From Clostridia bacterium (GTDB lineage Bacteria > Bacillota > Sulfobacillia > SLMV01), in assembly GCA_003566675.1 (NCBI GenBank), contig PXCI01000054.1:1-57366 (forward strand): a stretch of DNA of 57,366 nt, written 5' to 3'. How positions within the stretch are numbered: the first letter of the stretch is position 1; each line of letters begins with the position of its first letter. Made by a program: the position numbers and the translations under genes. Below, piece after piece: positions 27,258-39,393 of this stretch. A model generated the notes under the pieces. That model ran no database searches, had not been told where the DNA came from, and saw only the letters and a list, made by a program, of their open reading frames with translations.

Positions 27258-27293
27258 GGCGATTCATCCCCCTTTGAAGGGAGATGAATCGCC
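27258..27293 (-). terminator. intrinsic terminator-like hairpin after the DDAH-like gene
   Basis: GGCGATTCATC pairs with GATGAATCGCC: an 11-bp outer stem with an inner CCC/GGG extension. On the minus strand it is followed by CTTATTTCC. Confidence 0.6.
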
Positions 27294-27309
27294 TGGACTT
27301 CTGCAAAAA

Positions 27310-28257
27310 TCAACCCGAGCGTTTCAGGAAAGCTGTCATGCAGTGAAGCGCTCCCCATCCCTTCTTGATCTCACTGATGTCAATCTCAGTAACCTCCACG
27401 CCCTCGGACTCGAGGGCCGCCTTGGTCAATGGATTTCCGGCCGGCAGAAGAACGCTTCCAGGCCCCAACACCACCAGGTTGATTGCTGACCCCTCCTTGG
27501 CCTCCTGGATGGAAGGCGCCTCTATGACCTTGATCCCGCGATTCACCAGGGCGCGCCACACATCGTAGGGAGTCTGCCAGGGGAACATGATGGCCAGCTT
27601 GTGGTCGACCATGTTCATAAGCCCGTCCACATGGGCATGCCCGTAGGGAATCGGGAAGGGGATGATGTGCTCAACACCCATACCCCGCAGGGTCTCTTCT
27701 ACCTGCCGTGCGCCCTCGGGATTGCACCGAACGCCGGTACCCAGAATCACTGTCCTCCGATCAACCCACATTGCACAGGCTCCCTCGAAGGTCCCGGTTC
27801 CCGTCACGGTGCGCACGATGGGCACACCCAGGTCGGCCAGGGTTGCAGCAGCATAGCGCTCCTCTCCCCGACGGCAGGCTATGGCCGGCCGTCCCACGAT
27901 TGCACCTTCTGGAGTCATAAACACGAGATCGCGCATGAAGAGGGCGTTGGGGCGATCTCCGCGCATCTTCTGCACGTAGTGGACCTCTGCCCCAGCCTCG
28001 CGGTATATGCGAGCCATCTCATCGTGCTGTGCCCGTGCAATCTCCGGGTCCATTACCGCAGTCCAGCGCCAGTCGGCCGGATCTCCAATATCCTCAATCT
28101 CAGCGCCCGGACGCCGAAGCAGAACAGCTTCTAACTGGCCACACTCGGATGCCACTCCCCAGTCTCCCCAGTACCGGGATATCTCTTCTTCAAAGGGAGT
28201 CTCCACGGCGAACCACTTTTCTTCTTTCTCACCATATTCCACAATTATCTCTCCCAA
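27310..28257 (-). CDS. guanidino-group modifying enzyme (dimethylarginine dimethylaminohydrolase/amidinotransferase superfamily)
   Basis: 315 aa. The C-terminal catalytic Cys motif is GALHCMTAFLKR. The His motif HVDG is present. Confidence 0.75.
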   Translation of the reverse strand: MGEIIVEYGEKEEKWFAVETPFEEEISRYWGDWGVASECGQLEAVLLRRPGAEIEDIGDPADWRWTAVMDPEIARAQHDEMARIYREAGAEVHYVQKMRGDRPNALFMRDLVFMTPEGAIVGRPAIACRRGEERYAAATLADLGVPIVRTVTGTGTFEGACAMWVDRRTVILGTGVRCNPEGARQVEETLRGMGVEHIIPFPIPYGHAHVDGLMNMVDHKLAIMFPWQTPYDVWRALVNRGIKVIEAPSIQEAKEGSAINLVVLGPGSVLLPAGNPLTKAALESEGVEVTEIDISEIKKGWGALHCMTAFLKRSG

Positions 28258-28426
28258 CTGTCTTGTAGATAGCGTTTAGGGCCACGCTTACTTCACTTAG
28301 AGATTTTCAGCACAAGATGACGGTTTTCCTGCATCGGCTCCCATGCGGACTGCTGGCGTCCTCGCTGGAAGGAATGTCAGAACGTTGGGAGAATAGATTA
28401 AGGAAACCCGACTTGGAGGCAATAAC

Positions 28427-30091
28427 ATGAGCCAGAACATCTCAATGGCCTTTGACAGGTTCTACACCTACGATGAGTTGACCCACTTCCTGGAAGAAGC
28501 ATGCGTGGCTCACCCAAATCTTACCCACCTCGAATCCATCGGCAAGTCCTACGAAGACCGGGATCTATGGGCGGTCACCGTCACCAACTTCAACACGGGA
28601 CCTGCGGAGGACAAGCCCGCCATGTACATCGACGCCAACATCCACGCCGGCGAGGTCACCGGCTGTGCGGTCTGCATGTACACCCTGCAGTATCTTCTGA
28701 ACAACTACGGCGAAGACGACCGGGTGACCGAGCTGCTCGACACCCGGACTTTTTACATTCTTCCGCGGGTCAACCCCGACGGGGCAGAACTATATCTGAC
28801 CTCGACTGACATGCTCAGAAGCAGTGTCAGGCCCAACCCGGACTTCGAGCTCAAAGACAATCACCTGTATGCTGAAGACGTAACGGGAGACGGTGAGATC
28901 CTGACCATGCGGGTGAGGGATCCAAATGGGACTCACAAGGTATCCGAAGAAGATCCCCGCCTGATGCTGCCGCGAAAACCCGATGACATCGGTGGAAATT
29001 ACTACAACGTGCTCCCCGAGGGAACCATCCACAACTACGATGGCGGACCGATTGAGATCGGTCCTCGGAGGTGGGATCTCGACATCAACCGCAATTTCCC
29101 GGCAGACTGGAAGCCCACCCAGGCTGGGGGTGGCCGCTACCCGCTCTCGGAGCCCGAGACTCGTGCCATGGTGGACTTCATCCTCGGTCACAAGAACATC
29201 GCCACCGTGCAGGCCTATCACACCTTTGCGGGGATCATCCTTCGCCCCTCGTGCACCCGGCCCGACGACCAGCTGGACAAAGACGACATACTTGCCTTTG
29301 AGAGCATTGGTGAACTCGGAACCCAGACCACGGATTATCCGGTCAAGTCCGTGTACCACGGTTTCACTCGTGACAAAGGCATGGCCCGCCACGGCGTCTT
29401 CATAGACTGGGTCTACGAAAACCTGGGCATTCTCGGCTACACCACAGAACTATGGGACAAGTACGGCCGAGCAGGCATCACCCGAGAGGATATGACTTTC
29501 GGCAAACCGGTCCCGGAAGAGCAGATGTTGAAGCTCTTTGCGTGGCATGATGAAGAGGAACTCGATGCTTTCGTCCCCTGGGAAGAGGTGGACCATCCCC
29601 AGCTGGGCAAGGTTGAGGTCGGAGGCTTCAAGCAGAAGACTTTCCAGCAGAACACCCACTTCAAGTTCCTCGAAGACGAGTGCCACAAGAACACCGTTTT
29701 CAGCCTGCAGCAAGCCCTGGCAACGCCCTGCCTGGCGCTACTTGAAACTCAAGTCACTGAAGTGGAACCTGGCCTGTTGAAAATCACGGCAGACATCATG
29801 AATACCGGCTATCTGCCCACCAACATCACGGCCCACGCACTCAAGATTGAGAGCGTAAAGCCCGTTGAGGTCGTTCTGGACGGTGAGGGGCTCACCGTTC
29901 TTGATGGGGACGCCCGACGAGAATTGGGACAGTTCGACGGTTACATGAAGGCTGCCGATGGATACTACATGGCCCCTCCCTCCAACCTCAGGAGAGTTAC
30001 CTGGCTTGTGAAGAAGGGGTCGGCCTCAAGTGCCACTGTGACGGTAGAATCCGAACGAGCCGGAACGGTGCAGACCACCGTGGAATTGTAG
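28427..30091 (+). CDS. M14-family zinc carboxypeptidase, apparently cytosolic
   Basis: 554 aa. Zinc ligands NIHAGEVTG (HxxE) and AYHTFAG, with catalytic Glu in YTTELWD. No N-terminal signal peptide. Confidence 0.85.
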   Translation: MSQNISMAFDRFYTYDELTHFLEEACVAHPNLTHLESIGKSYEDRDLWAVTVTNFNTGPAEDKPAMYIDANIHAGEVTGCAVCMYTLQYLLNNYGEDDRVTELLDTRTFYILPRVNPDGAELYLTSTDMLRSSVRPNPDFELKDNHLYAEDVTGDGEILTMRVRDPNGTHKVSEEDPRLMLPRKPDDIGGNYYNVLPEGTIHNYDGGPIEIGPRRWDLDINRNFPADWKPTQAGGGRYPLSEPETRAMVDFILGHKNIATVQAYHTFAGIILRPSCTRPDDQLDKDDILAFESIGELGTQTTDYPVKSVYHGFTRDKGMARHGVFIDWVYENLGILGYTTELWDKYGRAGITREDMTFGKPVPEEQMLKLFAWHDEEELDAFVPWEEVDHPQLGKVEVGGFKQKTFQQNTHFKFLEDECHKNTVFSLQQALATPCLALLETQVTEVEPGLLKITADIMNTGYLPTNITAHALKIESVKPVEVVLDGEGLTVLDGDARRELGQFDGYMKAADGYYMAPPSNLRRVTWLVKKGSASSATVTVESERAGTVQTTVEL

Positions 30092-30105
30092 GATCAACCG
30101 ATCTT

Positions 30106-30132
30106 CCTGGGCCCCGTGTCACGGGGCCCAGG
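30106..30132. terminator. bidirectional terminator hairpin between convergent genes
   Basis: CCTGGGCCCCG-TGTCA-CGGGGCCCAGG: an 11-bp perfect stem with a 5-nt loop. Confidence 0.65.
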
Positions 30133-30208
30133 ACATCTTCCAACGCTACTTCATTGCAAATCCCTAACCGACGTCTGCGAGCTCCACTATCTCTCGATTT
30201 CTCCGCGT

Positions 30209-31618
<1,410 letters not shown>

Positions 31619-31709
31619 TCATAAGATCCAACCGGTAACGCCGTCTGCGACCATGACAACACAGATGAAAGATCTTGACCTCAGATACACCGGGCATGTT
31701 CAGCTCGAA

Positions 31710-33320
31710 TCAGAAATCAACATCCAGCTCGAGCAGGGTAGGTCCCCCTGTATCCAGGGATTCAGCAAGGGCGGATGGCACCTCGGATGTGTCCCTCAGC
31801 CTCCGTGCGCTGACCCCGAAAGATTCGGCAAACTTCACGAAGTCGGGATTGCGCAAATCTGTGGCGATTACCCGCTCGTCACCATACCGCATCTTCTGAA
31901 ACCGCCTGACCATACCGTATGAGTTGTTATTCAGAACGAGCACCACAATGCTGAGCCCATACATCGCAGCCGTGGCCAGCTCCTGCGCAGTGAAGAGAAA
32001 ACCACCGTCGCCACAAACCGACACCACCGGACGATCCGGCATGGCAAACCGGGCACCGATTGCTGCAGGCAAGGACCACCCCAGGGTGCCAAAGCCCCTT
32101 GGGAATAAAAAGGTCCTTGGCAAGGCACAGGGGTATGCCGTCGTTGCGCGATAGCCGAGTATGGTCATGTCACAGGCCAGAAGGCCCTGGGGCGGCAGAA
32201 CACTCCGAAGAGCACCGATAATATCGCGAGCCGCCTCACCTCCCAGCCCTTCTTCTGCGTCAAGCCGGGATTTCATCTGCGAGATCTCTTCGCAGTAATG
32301 GGTTTTAGTGATGCCCCCCGCCCCGGCCAGTTTCTCGCGGATTCTCGGAAAAATCCTGTCAACGAAGTTGGCAGCATCACTTCTGATCTTGAGCTGAGGC
32401 TCATACAAGCTATCATGGGCGAAATCGTCGACATCAACCCGTATTGTATCCTCTGGAAATTCCAACTGACCGCCCCCCGTCTCCTGTGCTGCCAACTGAC
32501 TCCCCAGGATCAGGACCACATCAGCGACGGCAATAAACGCTGCCATCTTCTCGGATCGCAGGTTGCTCCCCAGGCTCAGGGGGTGATCCTCTGGGACAAT
32601 CCCTTTGCCAGCGCCCGTCATGACAACAGCGGCCTGCAGGCTCTCAGCCAATTCAACGATCTGTCCCACCCCTGATGCTCCACCACCGATCCACAACAGA
32701 GGGCGCCTGGCGCCTGCGAGCATCGTCGCTGCCCTTTCGATTTCATCATCCGAGGCCGCGTAGGGTTCAGACCAGAGCCTGCCACAAAACGTCATGTCTG
32801 CCGCCGTGGTGAGAATGTCGGCGGGAATCTCAATATGAACAGGGCGGGGACGCTGTGTACGCATGTGGTCTAAGGCATCATGTATGGCCCGGGGGACCTC
32901 TGCAGGATCCAAAATCCGCCGGTTCCACGCTGTGATGCCTGCTGTGTGACCCAGTTGATCCAGCTGCTGATGGTGTGCGCCAATGTCTCGGTCGATGTCA
33001 TCTGTCTGGCTCTGGGTGGAGATTACCAAAAGCGGAGAAGAGTCGGAAAAGGCCTGGCCCAGAGCCGTAGAGTTATTGGTCAGCCCGGGCCCCCCAATCG
33101 TCAACGATACTCCCACCTTGCCACTGGCCCTTGCGAACCCGTCGGCCATGAAACCGGCGCCGCTTTCGTGGCGGGTCACAATGTGCTGAATCTGTTCCCG
33201 GTATTCAAAAAGGCCGTCGTAGATCTCAAGATTCTGAGCACCCGGAATGCCAAAGACCGTATCGATTCCCTCATCGATGAGAGCCCTCACGACGGCCCTT
33301 CCAGCAGTCATGGTCACCAT
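31710..33320 (-). CDS. thiamine pyrophosphate-dependent enzyme (acetolactate synthase-like family)
   Basis: N-terminal Pyr domain GIDTVFGIPGAQNLEIYD and C-terminal TPP motif GDGGFLFTAQELATA...NNNSYG. The start is ATG 33320 with SD GAAGGAGG 9 nt upstream. Confidence 0.85.
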   Translation of the reverse strand: MVTMTAGRAVVRALIDEGIDTVFGIPGAQNLEIYDGLFEYREQIQHIVTRHESGAGFMADGFARASGKVGVSLTIGGPGLTNNSTALGQAFSDSSPLLVISTQSQTDDIDRDIGAHHQQLDQLGHTAGITAWNRRILDPAEVPRAIHDALDHMRTQRPRPVHIEIPADILTTAADMTFCGRLWSEPYAASDDEIERAATMLAGARRPLLWIGGGASGVGQIVELAESLQAAVVMTGAGKGIVPEDHPLSLGSNLRSEKMAAFIAVADVVLILGSQLAAQETGGGQLEFPEDTIRVDVDDFAHDSLYEPQLKIRSDAANFVDRIFPRIREKLAGAGGITKTHYCEEISQMKSRLDAEEGLGGEAARDIIGALRSVLPPQGLLACDMTILGYRATTAYPCALPRTFLFPRGFGTLGWSLPAAIGARFAMPDRPVVSVCGDGGFLFTAQELATAAMYGLSIVVLVLNNNSYGMVRRFQKMRYGDERVIATDLRNPDFVKFAESFGVSARRLRDTSEVPSALAESLDTGGPTLLELDVDF

Positions 33321-33544
33321 AGTCCATTGCCTCCTTCTCTTTCTCGAACGGTCGACAGAAGAATTACAGAGGGTTGGGGCGTCGGGTGCAAAGCGGAAAC
33401 TCATCCGGCTCGATTACCGTCAACTTCCCTGTCGGCACAGACCCTCAAAGGTGGTACTCTTCCAACGTCACCGCAGATAGCCCGACACTCGGCAAATGAA
33501 TGGACAGCCCAGGGGGAAAAGTGTGTTTCCTCCACACATCTGAA

Positions 33545-33581
33545 TGTATACGTTTACTGTGTACGCCTATTGTATATATAC
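33545..33581. promoter_or_regulatory. three TGT(A/G)TA(C) operator-like repeats phased at 13 bp (putative GntR operator)
   Basis: TGTATAC (33545), TGTGTAC (33558) and TGTATATATAC (33571). GTATAC and GTATATATAC are palindromes. The site lies in the divergent region between the TPP-enzyme/TPL operon and the GntR gene. Confidence 0.5.
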
Positions 33582-33636
33582 TTCACTTAAGAGGACAGTT
33601 CCTTCCTCAAACACTGGGGGCGAGGTGATCCCATCG

Positions 33637-34311
33637 GTGACTTCATTGAGAATGCGTGTTTTTGAGGCGTTGCGTCGCGCCATCATCCAGGGGATTCTAC
33701 CCCCGGGCAGCACCATCGTCGAACAACAGGTTGCGGATGAGCTCGAAGTCAGCCGCACCCCTGTGCGAGAAGCGCTTCAGAAGCTGGAGGGACTTGGCCT
33801 GGTTCAGCGGTCGGATGGGCGCAGGCGATATGTTGTCAGGGGCTTCACGGCAAAAGACGTCGATGACATTGCCTCTGTTCGCATACTCCTGGAAGAAGCA
33901 GCGATTCTAGAATCTGCTCCTCTTCTGGGCCCAGGGGATTTTGCCCGTCTGGAACGGCTGCTGGAGGAAATGGAGCAGTCCGTCGTTGACCCCGGGAGCA
34001 GGGGCCTACACAGCACAGCACACAGGCACTTTCACCTCTACCTGGCCGAGCGGTCGGACAACCTCTACCTCGAAAAACTTGTCACATCGGTCCTGGATTA
34101 TGCAACCATGGTCTGGGAGGCGTATCAACCCAGCAGGACCCATCTGGTTTTTGCCCAGCAGAGCCACAAGGGAATCGTTGAAGCCCTTGAAGATGGTGAC
34201 TGCCAAAAAGCGCAACAGATCCTGAGACAGCACATCGAACGGTCCTTGAGTCCAACGAAGCAAATCATACAGAAGCAGGAGACACGCCGCGGCATCAGAG
34301 ATCTCTTCTGA
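33637..34311 (+). CDS. GntR-family transcriptional regulator (FadR/FCD subfamily)
   Basis: HTH region QQVADELEVSRTPVREALQKLEGLGLV plus a C-terminal all-helical FCD-like domain. The start is uncertain (GTG 33625, GTG 33637 or ATG 33652). ATG 33544 is rejected because it lies in the operator/promoter. Confidence 0.85.
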   Translation: MTSLRMRVFEALRRAIIQGILPPGSTIVEQQVADELEVSRTPVREALQKLEGLGLVQRSDGRRRYVVRGFTAKDVDDIASVRILLEEAAILESAPLLGPGDFARLERLLEEMEQSVVDPGSRGLHSTAHRHFHLYLAERSDNLYLEKLVTSVLDYATMVWEAYQPSRTHLVFAQQSHKGIVEALEDGDCQKAQQILRQHIERSLSPTKQIIQKQETRRGIRDLF

Positions 34312-34924
34312 CAGGGAAGGCCGTCTCTGATCACACCTGGGGTGCTGACATGCCGCGAGCTGCCCTTCACAGGGATCGCGTCACGCTCGCCGCAAAGCTT
34401 CGAGCCCTGTTGAGGTCGGGCCAATCCGACCCATGTCAATGGTCCAAAAGGTACCGTATCCCAGGCAGGAGACTCGCCCAGAACTGGGATCCCACGATGC
34501 TCAGACGGCGCCTCAAAGCCGCATGATACAGGGCAGCGGCCCCCGCCCCGAAGATCATGGCCTCCCGGTTGACCGGACCCCTGCCTTCGACATACCCCGG
34601 GAAACCGGAAGGATACCTGAACGTGTAAATTCCCGAACCGAATGCAAAGCCCTCAACCTGCGAATCGCTATGCGGGACTGTAGATCTCAGCAGCCAGGAC
34701 ATCCGGTACAGCCCCTGCAGCCCTGACAATATTGCCACGATGGGGCGGGAAGGCAGACACTCGCCACATGCATCGTCGGATCACTCCAGGGACCATGGAA
34801 CAAAACTGTCGGAGCCCTATCACCCAGGACCCATCGAACACTTCCTGCATTCCATGTTAATATGGAGGTCAGCGGAAGGCAAATTCTCCGCCGCAAGATG
34901 CAACTGAGGTGGAGGGAGTGGAAA

Positions 34925-35770
34925 ATGGGGAACAAGTGGACCGCAGTAGCAATGATCCTGATGATTTCAGTCGTACTGACGGGATGTACGGTAGGTGCAG
35001 ACGTGGTCAGGGCTGTTCAGGTGGTGACCCGGGCATTTCAGACAACGGAAATCGTCGAAGAGAGCCACCGAGTCCAACCTGGTTCATCCCTTGAGATTCG
35101 CACTCATAACGGAGATGTTGTCGTGAAATCGGGTGGAGACAGGGAAGTGCACGTTCGCGCAATCAAGAGGGCTTTCGGCGCACAGGATGAGATCGATCGT
35201 ACAGAGATCGTGGTGACGACCGGGGCAATTACGACCATTGAGACCGAACCGCTAGAGGAACGTTCCCGGGTTTCGGTTGACTACGAGATAACGGTTCCTC
35301 CAGATGTCACACTGAACCATGTACAGACCTCCAACGGATTGATACGGGTGGAGGATGTCACAGGGGATGTCGTCGCCATCACTTCCAATGGAAGTATTCA
35401 TTTGGAGGGAATCGATGGCTACGTCCGAGCGACTACCAGCAATGGCAGCATCCATGTCGTCGATTGCACTGGTGTCAGGTCGAGTGTGCAAACCTCTAAC
35501 GGCAGCATCCATGTGGAAGTAGAGGAGATCGAGGGCAACCTCGAAATTCGAGCCGGGAACGGATCCATAACGGCATATCTGTCACCCTGGCTCGAGGCTG
35601 AGGTGAAAATGACCGTCTCCAACGGGAGAGTTGTCGCCGACCACAACGGATTGGTCATTGGGCAATCATCCCAGAAACAGGTCACAGGACAGATTGGTGA
35701 CCAGGCCCGACACAAAATCCTGATCCGCACCTCCAACGGAACAATCACTGTGCGGGACATCCAAGAGTAG
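34925..35770 (+). CDS. DUF4097-type beta-helical lipoprotein (putative adhesin fold)
   Basis: Lipobox VLTGC after a signal peptide. Repeated SNGSIH(V/L) motifs. SD GGAGGGAG lies 7 nt upstream of ATG 34925. Confidence 0.75.
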   Translation: MGNKWTAVAMILMISVVLTGCTVGADVVRAVQVVTRAFQTTEIVEESHRVQPGSSLEIRTHNGDVVVKSGGDREVHVRAIKRAFGAQDEIDRTEIVVTTGAITTIETEPLEERSRVSVDYEITVPPDVTLNHVQTSNGLIRVEDVTGDVVAITSNGSIHLEGIDGYVRATTSNGSIHVVDCTGVRSSVQTSNGSIHVEVEEIEGNLEIRAGNGSITAYLSPWLEAEVKMTVSNGRVVADHNGLVIGQSSQKQVTGQIGDQARHKILIRTSNGTITVRDIQE

Positions 35771-35786
35771 ACGGGGAGTTGATAGC

Positions 35787-36878
35787 ATGGTTCGAGCTGC
35801 AGTTATGCCGGGACCACACAGATCGATTGAGATCCGCGAATACGAGTATCCCACCATGGAGACGGGAAGCGTCTTGCTCCGTACCATCGCAAGCGAAGTA
35901 TGTGGAACAGACGTGCACCTATGGCACGGGCAGTTGGCCGAGGTCCCCTACCCAATCATACCCGGCCACGTGAGCGTGGGAGCCATCGCCCGCATCGAGG
36001 GAGAGGTCTGCGATGTGGACGGTGTCCGCCTCGCGGAGGGGGATGTCGTGACCTTTCTCGATGTCCACGAAACTTGTGGCAGTTGCTGGTACTGTAACGT
36101 CGCAGGCACGACCACCCGCTGTCCCGAGCGCAGGGTCTATGGGATCACCTATGGCGCCGAGGAAGGTCTCCTCGGAGGTTGGTCCGAGTACATCTACCTC
36201 AAACCCGGGGTGCATATCATCAAGCTGCCGGATAATCTACCAGCGAGAACTTTCATCTCTGGCGGCTGCGGCCTCCCGACTGCTTTCCACGCAGTGCAAA
36301 GGGGCAGAATACAGATGGGTGACACCGTGGCCATTCTGGGCAGCGGTCCCGTCGGTTTGAGCGCAGTGATACTGGCACAGCTTCGAGGTGCCACCCAGGT
36401 CATCCTCCTCGGTGGGCCCGCTCACAGGTTGAATACGGGACAGAGCCTTGGAGCCGATCATGTCCTGGACATTGGTGCCATGCCCTTTGACCAGCGACTC
36501 AAAGCCGTGCAGGATCTCACAGGGGGCAGGGGAGCCGATGTGACCCTTGAGGCAGCGGGGGAGCCGGAGGCGGTTTCCCAGGCCATGGCTTTGACCCGCG
36601 ACGCCGGGACCGTCGTGATCGCCGGACAGTACACCGATGCTGGCGAAGTGTCGATTAACCCCCATACGCTGCTCAACAAGAAGCATCTGGACCTTCGGGG
36701 ATGCTGGGGTACGGACTTCAGCCACCTCTACCGTGCCATCAGGGTCATGGCCAAACACCAAAGCCGTTTCCCCTGGACTGAAATGATCAGTAAGGAATAC
36801 AGCCTGGAGGAGGCTGAGGACGCCCTGCGCGACGTGCAATCTCTATCGGTAACCAAAGCACTCATTATTCCTAATTAG
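35787..36878 (+). CDS. zinc-dependent alcohol dehydrogenase (MDR family)
   Basis: 363 aa. Catalytic zinc ligands in EVCGTDVH and GHVSVG. Structural zinc CGSCWYC...C. NAD motif GSGPVG. Confidence 0.85.
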   Translation: MVRAAVMPGPHRSIEIREYEYPTMETGSVLLRTIASEVCGTDVHLWHGQLAEVPYPIIPGHVSVGAIARIEGEVCDVDGVRLAEGDVVTFLDVHETCGSCWYCNVAGTTTRCPERRVYGITYGAEEGLLGGWSEYIYLKPGVHIIKLPDNLPARTFISGGCGLPTAFHAVQRGRIQMGDTVAILGSGPVGLSAVILAQLRGATQVILLGGPAHRLNTGQSLGADHVLDIGAMPFDQRLKAVQDLTGGRGADVTLEAAGEPEAVSQAMALTRDAGTVVIAGQYTDAGEVSINPHTLLNKKHLDLRGCWGTDFSHLYRAIRVMAKHQSRFPWTEMISKEYSLEEAEDALRDVQSLSVTKALIIPN

Positions 36879-36907
36879 GGGCACCATCAGAGGAGGAGGG
36901 AGCCACC

Positions 36908-37621
36908 ATGCGGGCGGACACGAGCATCCTGATTGTAGATGATGAAAGCAGCTTCGTTGAGGGCCTGACGGCCAACCTTGAACGTGAGGGTTACAGTGCT
37001 GTTACAGCTGCAGATGGCGAGGCCGCCCTGGCCCGATTTCGGGAAGCCCAGATAGACCTGGTACTGCTTGATCTGATGCTGCCCGGCATCGACGGTATGG
37101 AAGTGTGTAGCCGCATCCGCCGAGACTCCACGGTTCCCATCATCATGCTGACGGCCAAGGATGACGACATTGACAAGATCCTGGGCCTGGAGGTCGGCGC
37201 AGATGACTACATCACCAAACCTTTTAACTTCCGGGAGCTCCTGGCACGCATCAAAGCTGTCATGAGACGTGCCAACCCCGAGCCAGAGACCGATGAATCC
37301 GGCATCCTGGACATCGCTCCAGGAATTACCCTGGACATCGAGCGCAGGACACTGTCTGGCACAGGTGGCCGGGAAGTAGCCCTGACCGTGAAGGAGTTCG
37401 CCATGATACAGATGCTGGCTCGCAATCCCGGCAGGGTCTTCAGCCGAGAGGATCTCCTGGATCGGGTCTGGGGATACGACTACTTCGGCAGTTCCAGGAC
37501 CGTTGATGTTCACGTGCGTAGGCTGCGCAAGAAGATTGAGGACCTCGACATCGTATCGGACGGATCCGAAATTATCAAGACTCGATGGGGTGCAGGATAC
37601 TTGCTTGAGACGGTCCGATAG
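36908..37621 (+). CDS. OmpR-family response regulator
   Basis: Receiver domain (DLVLLDLMLPGIDG with the phosphoacceptor Asp; TAKDD) plus a winged-helix output domain (...RTVDVHVRRLRKKIE). Confidence 0.9.
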   Translation: MRADTSILIVDDESSFVEGLTANLEREGYSAVTAADGEAALARFREAQIDLVLLDLMLPGIDGMEVCSRIRRDSTVPIIMLTAKDDDIDKILGLEVGADDYITKPFNFRELLARIKAVMRRANPEPETDESGILDIAPGITLDIERRTLSGTGGREVALTVKEFAMIQMLARNPGRVFSREDLLDRVWGYDYFGSSRTVDVHVRRLRKKIEDLDIVSDGSEIIKTRWGAGYLLETVR

Positions 37622-37630
37622 GGAGGCACC

Positions 37631-39055
37631 ATGACAGACCGGAGAGGGTTATCATCCCTGCGTGGGCGACTCACGATTGTCTATCTTATTCTCATCACCA
37701 CCGCCACTGCAGCCCTCGGTCTCCAGGTCTACCGGTGGACGGCTGCCGACTTCATCTCTGAGCGTCGCATTCGCCTTCTGACCGAGGCCCGCATCACTGC
37801 CGACGCGGTCTCCCCCGAACAAGATGAGGCGGTGGGGAGAATCCTCGAGGGTTTTGCCCGCAGATTTGGAGGGCGGATCCTGTTTATTGACCGGGCCGAG
37901 GGGGTTCGCGCAGATAGCCTTCAATTCTCCTCACCTGAGGTGTCCCTGGTGAACGCCCAGATGGATCTTGACGAGATCCGCTCTGCCCTCGGTGGCGACG
38001 CCCAAGCATCAGTATACCAACTGTCTTCAGGCGAGTACGTCGTGTATGCTGCCGCTCCCGTGGTCCGCGCTGGCGAGATCCGAGGAGCTGTCCTGATCTC
38101 CAGTTCCCTTGCTTCCGTCATTGATACCCTATCTCTTCTAGTTCGTCGCCTTGTCCTGACGGGCTCCGGTATCGTCATCGTTTTTCTGGCTGTGACCTGG
38201 TTCATCGCCCTCCGGTTGACCTCTCCGCTGGAGGATCTCACCCGGGCAGCCCGGCGACTGGGCTCGGGAGATCTCGATTCCCGTGTGCAGGTTCGCTCCC
38301 GCGACGAAGTAGGCGACCTGGCCCAAACCTTCAACCGGATGGCTGACCAGGTGCAGGAGCACGACCTGGCGCAAAGGCAGTTCATTTCCGATGCTTCCCA
38401 CGAGCTGCGATCCCCCGTGAGCAGTGCCCTACTCCTGGTGGATGCCATCGATGCGCAGGTAAAGGGTCCACAGCGCCTCCTCGGGCGCCTGAGGGAACAG
38501 CTGGAGCGAATGGGGCGGCTGGTCAACCAACTGCTGGAGCTGGCCCGTCTGGCTGAATGGGAGGCAGCCGCACAGGAAGATGGGGAACCAGAGTACGCCG
38601 ACGTCTCTCATGTCGTCAACCGGGTTTACCGCCGCATGGAACCCGTCGCTGAATCCGAGAAGGTCCAAATGCGGCGAGACATTACGGGCAATCCTGTGGC
38701 AACCGGAGAAGAGGAGAACCTCGAGCGGATTGTCCAAAACCTTGTTGAAAACGCCATCAAATACACCCCCTCGGGGGGGACCGTGAAAATCTCTGCGGGG
38801 CATGACTCAAAGGGCCAGATCGTACTCCGCATTGCCGATGACGGAGTCGGAATCTCCTCCGACGCGTTGCCTCACATCTTCGACCGCTTCTACCGGGCCG
38901 ACCCCTCTCGCTCCCGTGAACAGGGTGGATTCGGTCTGGGGCTGGCCATTGTTCGGCGAAGAGTAGAGGCAATGGGGGGCAACGTCGAGGTGGACAGCAA
39001 ACCGGATCAGGGAACATGCTTCACCATAAAACTCCGTTCATTGTCTCACCCGTGA
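37631..39055 (+). CDS. sensor histidine kinase (HAMP-HisKA-HATPase)
   Basis: Two TM segments, a HAMP domain, the H-box SDASHELRSP, the N-box ENAIKYTP, and the G-boxes DDGVGI and GGFGLGLAIV. Confidence 0.9.
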   Translation: MTDRRGLSSLRGRLTIVYLILITTATAALGLQVYRWTAADFISERRIRLLTEARITADAVSPEQDEAVGRILEGFARRFGGRILFIDRAEGVRADSLQFSSPEVSLVNAQMDLDEIRSALGGDAQASVYQLSSGEYVVYAAAPVVRAGEIRGAVLISSSLASVIDTLSLLVRRLVLTGSGIVIVFLAVTWFIALRLTSPLEDLTRAARRLGSGDLDSRVQVRSRDEVGDLAQTFNRMADQVQEHDLAQRQFISDASHELRSPVSSALLLVDAIDAQVKGPQRLLGRLREQLERMGRLVNQLLELARLAEWEAAAQEDGEPEYADVSHVVNRVYRRMEPVAESEKVQMRRDITGNPVATGEEENLERIVQNLVENAIKYTPSGGTVKISAGHDSKGQIVLRIADDGVGISSDALPHIFDRFYRADPSRSREQGGFGLGLAIVRRRVEAMGGNVEVDSKPDQGTCFTIKLRSLSHP

Positions 39056-39393
39056 GCCGACAATTGCCCCTGTAAGGGGTGTCCGTTGGATGGTGCTGAA
39101 ACCCACTTCTTCAGGCCATACCCCCCCGGGCTCTGCCCTCTCACCTTTGAATACACCTCCTGCACCTGGTGCGCACGCGACGTCTTCCCTGGACATCAGA
39201 AACCAGCAGACCCATCCGGAAGCCTGCAAGAGGCTGATGAGGCCCTAACTAGGGACCACCAAGAGGCTTTGTCCCATGCAAAACCCACGCCCCGGGACGG
39301 CGTAACAGTCTTTTCACACTCACGGCACGACCGTGTAGCTTCTGTGTTTTATGCTGTGACCGTAACACAATACCAGAACGCAAAGGGGTGTTG

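Noticed and set aside
34436-34738. 100-aa minus-strand ORF in the 600-bp gap after the GntR gene
   Set aside because: It has no SD and no recognisable motif, and it is overlapped by equally long ORFs in other frames. It may be a gene fragment, but I cannot support a call.
37921-38526. 201-aa minus-strand ORF
   Set aside because: It is antisense to the histidine kinase gene. The translation is R/S/T-rich with no motifs.
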